A DNA stretch of 64,000 nucleotides from assembly GCF_963921235.1 (NCBI RefSeq), contig NC_086097.1:167030001-167094000 (forward strand), written 5' to 3'. Every line of letters begins with the position of its first letter. The stretch's first letter is position 1. The DNA comes from Mobula hypostoma (Eukaryota). The position numbers were made by a program, and so were the translations under genes. Under the pieces are notes generated by a model. The model was not told where the DNA came from, did not search any database, and saw only the letters and a list, made by a program, of their open reading frames with translations. Below are positions 58,960-64,000 of the stretch, one piece after another.

Positions 58960-59790
58960 AGAATCAGAATCAGATTTATTATCACCGGCATGTGATGTGA
59001 AATTTATTAACTTCGCAGTAGCAGTTCAATACAACACATAATCTGGCAGAGGGAGAGAGAGAGAAAAAAAATAAATAAAATAAAACACAATAAATAAACA
59101 AGTAAATCAATTACACATATTGAATAGATTTAAGAAATTTGCAAAACAGAAATACTGTATATTTAAAAAAGTGAGGTAGTGTTCATGGCTTCAATGTCCA
59201 TTTAGGAATCGGATGGCAGAGGGGAAGAAAACAAAAAATATTCTGCAGATGCTGGGGCAAAGCAACACACACAAAACACTGGAGGAACTCAGCAGGTCGG
59301 GCAGCATCCGTAGAAACGAGCAGTCAACGTTTCGGGCCGAGAACGTTGACTGTTCGTTTCCATGGATGCTGCCCAACCTGCTGAGTTCCTCCAGCATTTT
59401 GTGAGAGAGGAAGAAGCTGTTCCCGAATCACTGAGTGTGTGCCTTCGGGCTTCTGTATCTTCTACCTGATGGTAACAGTGAGAAAAGGTCATGCCCTGGG
59501 TGCTGGAGGTCCTTAATAATGGACCCTGCCTTTCTGAGGCACCGCTCCCTAAAGATATCCGAGGTACTTTGTAGGCTAGTGCTCAAGATGCAGCTGAATA
59601 GATTTACAACCTTCTGCAGCTTTTTTCGGTCCTGTGCAGTACCCCCTCCATACCAGACAGTAATGCAGCCTGTCGGAATGCTCTCCACGGTACAACTATA
59701 GAAGTTTTTGAGTGTATTTGTTGACATGCCAAATCTCTTCAAACTCTTCAAACAAATGAAGTATATAGCCACTGTCTTGCCTTCTTTCGA
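58960..59790 (-). mobile_element. Rex1/Babar LINE 3' fragment
   Basis: ORF 59428..59772 LKRFGMS..TL.NFY.CTVESI.TGCITVWYG...AQDRKKLQKVV...IIKD..HPGH.LFSLLPSGRRYRS. (TCTGAT)n tail. Confidence 0.92.
59230..59403. mobile_element. Fold-back PLE pLTR mini-insertion inside the Rex element
   Basis: 62-bp inverted arms 59270-59331 and 59342-59403 (6 mismatches). 12-bp TSD agag(g/a)ggaagaa at 59218-59229 and 59404-59415. Confidence 0.82.
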
Positions 59791-61840
59791 TTGGTTAGAT
59801 TTGGAATATTAAGAGTGAAAGCACAAGTTATAGTTCCATTCCCTAAAATTAAGATTGCAACCTTAAGAAACTGATAAGATAGACAAAGAGAAACTAGTTC
59901 CACTGGTTGGATAGTCTTGGTCCACATCTAATTCAAAGATCTAGGTCCCTAAGGGGTGAAGCATGGAAGCCATGACACTTTGAAGCTCCCTTTTCCCAGT
60001 AGCAAGTGACTGAGGTCAATTGTCAATTTTATTTCTGAGAAGTTTTTGTGGATCAAAGTTATTAAAGAATATGAAACTAAATGATGTATGTGGGATAAAG
60101 TCACTGATGACCTCATGAAATATTGAAGTCAGCTTGAAATTCTGAGAGGTCTTTCACTATTCCCAAAAATGTATGTGAGATTGCAAGTGTAGAGATATAC
60201 CCCATTACAAGTCTGCCTAATGCATTGTAGATGGTAGAAAATTTTTGGTACCTCAGAATAGCTATTCACTTGCCAGAGGTTACCCGGAATCTGAACAAGA
60301 CTCGAAGCCACAGAGCTGATGTGACCGGTCCAGTTCAGTGTGTGGTCAGTGATGACTCCAAGATGTTGATGGTAATAGAATCAGTAGTGTTAATGCCATT
60401 CCACATGATCAGTAGTGTATTATGTTTCTCATTGGAGATGGTTGTTATTTCACACTTATGTAGAATGCATGTTACTTTCCACTTATCAGTATTGCCTAAG
60501 TGCAGATACATTAAGTTTTGACTGCTTCATTTCCTTAGGAGATGTGGATGGAATGGAACTTAACATCGTCCTGTCATCAGTGAACTTGATGGAATGAAGA
60601 TCATCAATAAAGCAGCAAACAAGACAGTGCCCTGAATTGGAAGCTCCTTCCCATTTGTCCTGGGGCTAGGATGATTGAACTACAGCAGCAAAAGCTCTTT
60701 TCATTTGTGTGAGGATGGCTATATCCTTTGTCGTCCTAGATGCCCATTAACCAGTTTTCCCAAAACTCATGGATGCCACTTCTAGTCTAATGTTGCCTTG
60801 ATGTCAAGGGCAAGTTATTCTCACCTCAATTCTGAACCATACATATATTTTTATATGCTTATGAATATATAAAATAATAAGTAGCTGCCCATGACAATTT
60901 GCTGCTAAACCACATTTAATCATAGACATTGAATCCATTTTGTACTCTTACTACTTTCAGAGCGTCTTCTACGTGTGCTTCAACATGGAGGAGCACTGAA
61001 TCCCCAGCTGAGGCCGATTAGTGGGTGGTAACAATGATGAGAATTCTTTGACATGATCAACCTGATCCAATGAAACCCTCATGGGGTCAGAACTAAATGG
61101 TGAGGCTCCTAGGGCTAGCTCCTTCCCTCTGTATACCACTGCGTTACTACCTCAGGTAGGTCAGTGCTCTTGGAGGGTCAGGATGTGCTCAGGGAACGTG
61201 ATGAAGGAATACAAAATTGTATTTAACCTGACAGACGTAAAACAGGACACGTAGTCATAAGCATATTTAACACAAAGTATCAAAAGTAACATTGTGTTCA
61301 GTAAGTAGAATTCAAACTTCTGAAGTACAAGGTTAACCTCATTTTCTCTTCAAGCATGCATAGGCAGTGAGGATAAACTTGTTTTTGTTCTCTGGAGATG
61401 ATCCCTATCACCAAAATAATGAAAAACATAATCTGCTCAAGAGACCACACTGATTAATTGAGCTTCAATGTCACAAGAACCAAGTCAAACAGCAGTGGTA
61501 TTGGTTCATAACCAGAAATAACACTGAATGTAAATCTGAATGGACAGCCTCCAGCAGATTTCAGTAGTTCGTCTGTGCACATTCAGCTGAAATCCTGGAC
61601 CATTGAATTACAGTCAGTCATTTTACCTTCTCTTAACAAGGCTTGAGCAGACAGCTGCTGAGAGATTGTTTCCTCACTCAGCCTGAGGATTCTAGAACTG
61701 GGAAATATGGCGACAGGATAAAGAGTCAGCCTTTTACGACTGTGATGAGAAGGAACTTTGTTTCTTCTAAGGCTGTAAACCTTTGGAATTCTCCTACCTG
61801 GGGAGCTGTGGACACATAGTGAATACAGTCAAGACTGAGA

Positions 61841-62295
61841 TCAAAGACCCCCAGCATCCAGGCCATGCCCTCTTTATGCAGTTACCATCAGGCAGGAACT
61901 ACAGAAGCTTAAAGTCTCACACCACCAGGTTCAAGAGTAGCTGCTTCCCTTTAACCATTCAGTTCTAGAACCAACTAGCACAACCCTAATCACCACAGTT
62001 CAGCAACATCAAGGCCACTTTCGTCACTTTGCACTAAAATGCACTTTGACTTTTTCTGTTCTAATTGTGTTCTTTCTTGTAAAAATTGTGAATAATTTAT
62101 GTTTTTCCTGCGAATGCTGCATAGATAGTGTTATGTGCCTGTGATCCTGTTGAAAGATTTCATTATAGTTCAAAGCAATTTTATTATCTAAGTACTGGAT
62201 ATTTATATGTTACCATATACTTCTTCGAGATTCTTTTTCAGCTTGCAGCTGGGCATACATGTACTTGTGCAAATGAGAATAGACCTGACTTTGAC
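61841..62295 (+). mobile_element. Rex1/Babar LINE 3' fragment
   Basis: IKDPQHPGHALF..LPSGR.YRSLK..TTRFK.S.FP..I motif, then 3' UTR ending gacctgactttgact. Confidence 0.75.
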
Positions 62296-64000
62296 TGACA
62301 GATTTAAAATGCACATCACAGGAATGGGCTGTTCAGCAATGATGTTGGGCCAAACTAATTAAATAATGACAACTCATTAAACTTAACCGTTTTGTTCCAC
62401 TAAGAGACTCACTGGAAGAGGGGATGAGATTGTAGTAGACTTGAGAGGCCACATAGCCTAAACTTGTTTATTTCCCCTGAATTTACTGCCAATTCATTTC
62501 CAGTATAAGTTCAGTGCCTCTGTGCTCCTGCATTATATGTATTTAATATGCTGATTGATAGTACAACCCAAGATCAGTAGTTACAAAACAGGGATTGAGG
62601 CAGCAGTTCAAAATGCAAGGCTTTTAACTTTTTTTACTTGAACATTCTCGAGAAGGTCTAATTTTACATGATTTGTCTTTACACAGTAGTTGAAACTTTT
62701 CACTGCTCCATTTTGAAATTTAGCAATAACTGTGTAAAAAATCCATCCAAATTCACAAATAAGTTTTCAGGGTTATAATTCAAGTAAATCCAAAATAAAC
62801 TCTGCTTTATTTCAAGTGAACATTCTTTGCAAAAAAAGAGCCTGTAGTAAGCTGGCAAGCACCTAAGATCCTTGCTAACTGCAACTCCAAGCAGGAAGAT
62901 AAAGCTGGCGAGCTAGCTCCAATTAATTTTTATTATGTGACTCATAGCTGAGTGATTTGCCAGAATCTAATCATGGTGCACTCAGTAAAAATCAATTAAA
63001 GAACAGGCTTGGAATTTGTTATGGCTCTGTGTAAAATTTTGTTGCTTCGTAACCTTAGGAATTTCACCACTATATTTCATGAATGAACAAAGGTTAGATT
63101 TAAAGATCTGGCTGCACAATACCAGCAGTGGCAATGCCCATCTCTATTCCAACTGGAGAGATGCCGGAATCAGAGGCTGTCCATTTCCACTCTCACAAGC
63201 AAAAGTATTAGCAGACACCTGGCTGAGAGGTCAATGCGAAGACCTGCTGAGGTCCTCCAGCATTTGTGCGCTGCTCAAGATTTTCAGCATCTGTAGAATT
63301 ACTTGTGTCTAGGGAATGAACAGAAGGCAATGCTGGTAGAATGAGACCAGGTGCATAAAGGGTGGCGGGGAATGGGTAAACAGTTAATGCCTCTGGGGTG
63401 TATATCCTATGAAATGTCCTTCTAGCCTACAATGCCTTCAATGCAAACTTGACAAATCATAAACCTCAAATTCCAATGGGGTTGCAAAACAATCAAAATG
63501 GCTTTAAAATTTATGCCTCCCTCTTATAGGTTTAAGAGTAATAGAATCATACAGCATGGAAACAGGCCCTTTGGCCCCTCTAGTCCATGCCAACCAAAAT
63601 CCCCCAAGCTAGTTCCATTTGCTTAGTGGTAAGAATTGCCTGTTCAGCTGTTTAAATAATGCCATCACTCGAGAAAAAAATACCTATACCGCAAAGGCAG
63701 CTAATTAAAAGTTGAGGAATACTCGTCTTTAGTTTATAAAAATGGTTTAATTGGAAGGAGGGGAAATCAATGTTTCTCTGGCTTTTAACTTACAAATGGG
63801 CTGTGGAGGAGAGAAAGAAGTGAGCTTGGAGTATGGAGAATAATGGAGGTCATGAGAATGCAGAGCGCCTGGTGACTCTGAAAGCACGTTCAAAAGTAAC
63901 ATGCAGGAAATCTGAAATAGAATTAAAATATATGGCTCAGCAGGTTAGGGAGTATCTGTGGAAAGAGAGAGTTTCAATGACTTTCAGCTGAACTGGTGAA

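Noticed and set aside
1..64000. A novel multi-gene system (defence island, retron, operon or endogenous virus)
   Set aside because: There are no long non-TE ORFs, and every RT or nuclease motif found fits a known decayed retroelement clade.

Overview
Eukaryotic, AT-rich, repeat-dense DNA with no prokaryotic signal and no recognisable host protein-coding gene. The repeat set (CR1, Rex1/Babar and RTE LINEs, Penelope-like elements (PLEs), V-, Deu- and CORE-type tRNA SINEs, Tc1/pogo and hAT MITEs, a Gypsy RT relic) suggests a cartilaginous fish, probably a ray (inference), and a large intron or intergenic region. Almost all ORFs in the track are TE fragments, antisense frames of TEs, or simple-repeat artefacts. 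The most notable structures are: (1) many PLE terminal repeats carrying minimal hammerhead-ribozyme motifs, including tiny TSD-flanked fold-back insertions that invert at the ribozyme; (2) a Penelope insertion with an inverted pLTR and an exact 13-bp TSD; (3) two SINEs with the same head and different tails; (4) two composite MITEs, one with a 6-bp TSD; (5) an RTE copy with twin-priming-like inversion; (6) a 36-bp minisatellite with a higher-order repeat; (7) two weak minus-strand micro-exon candidates. I found no convincing new multi-gene system. Family names come from recalled motifs, not database searches, and boundaries without a stated TSD are approximate.
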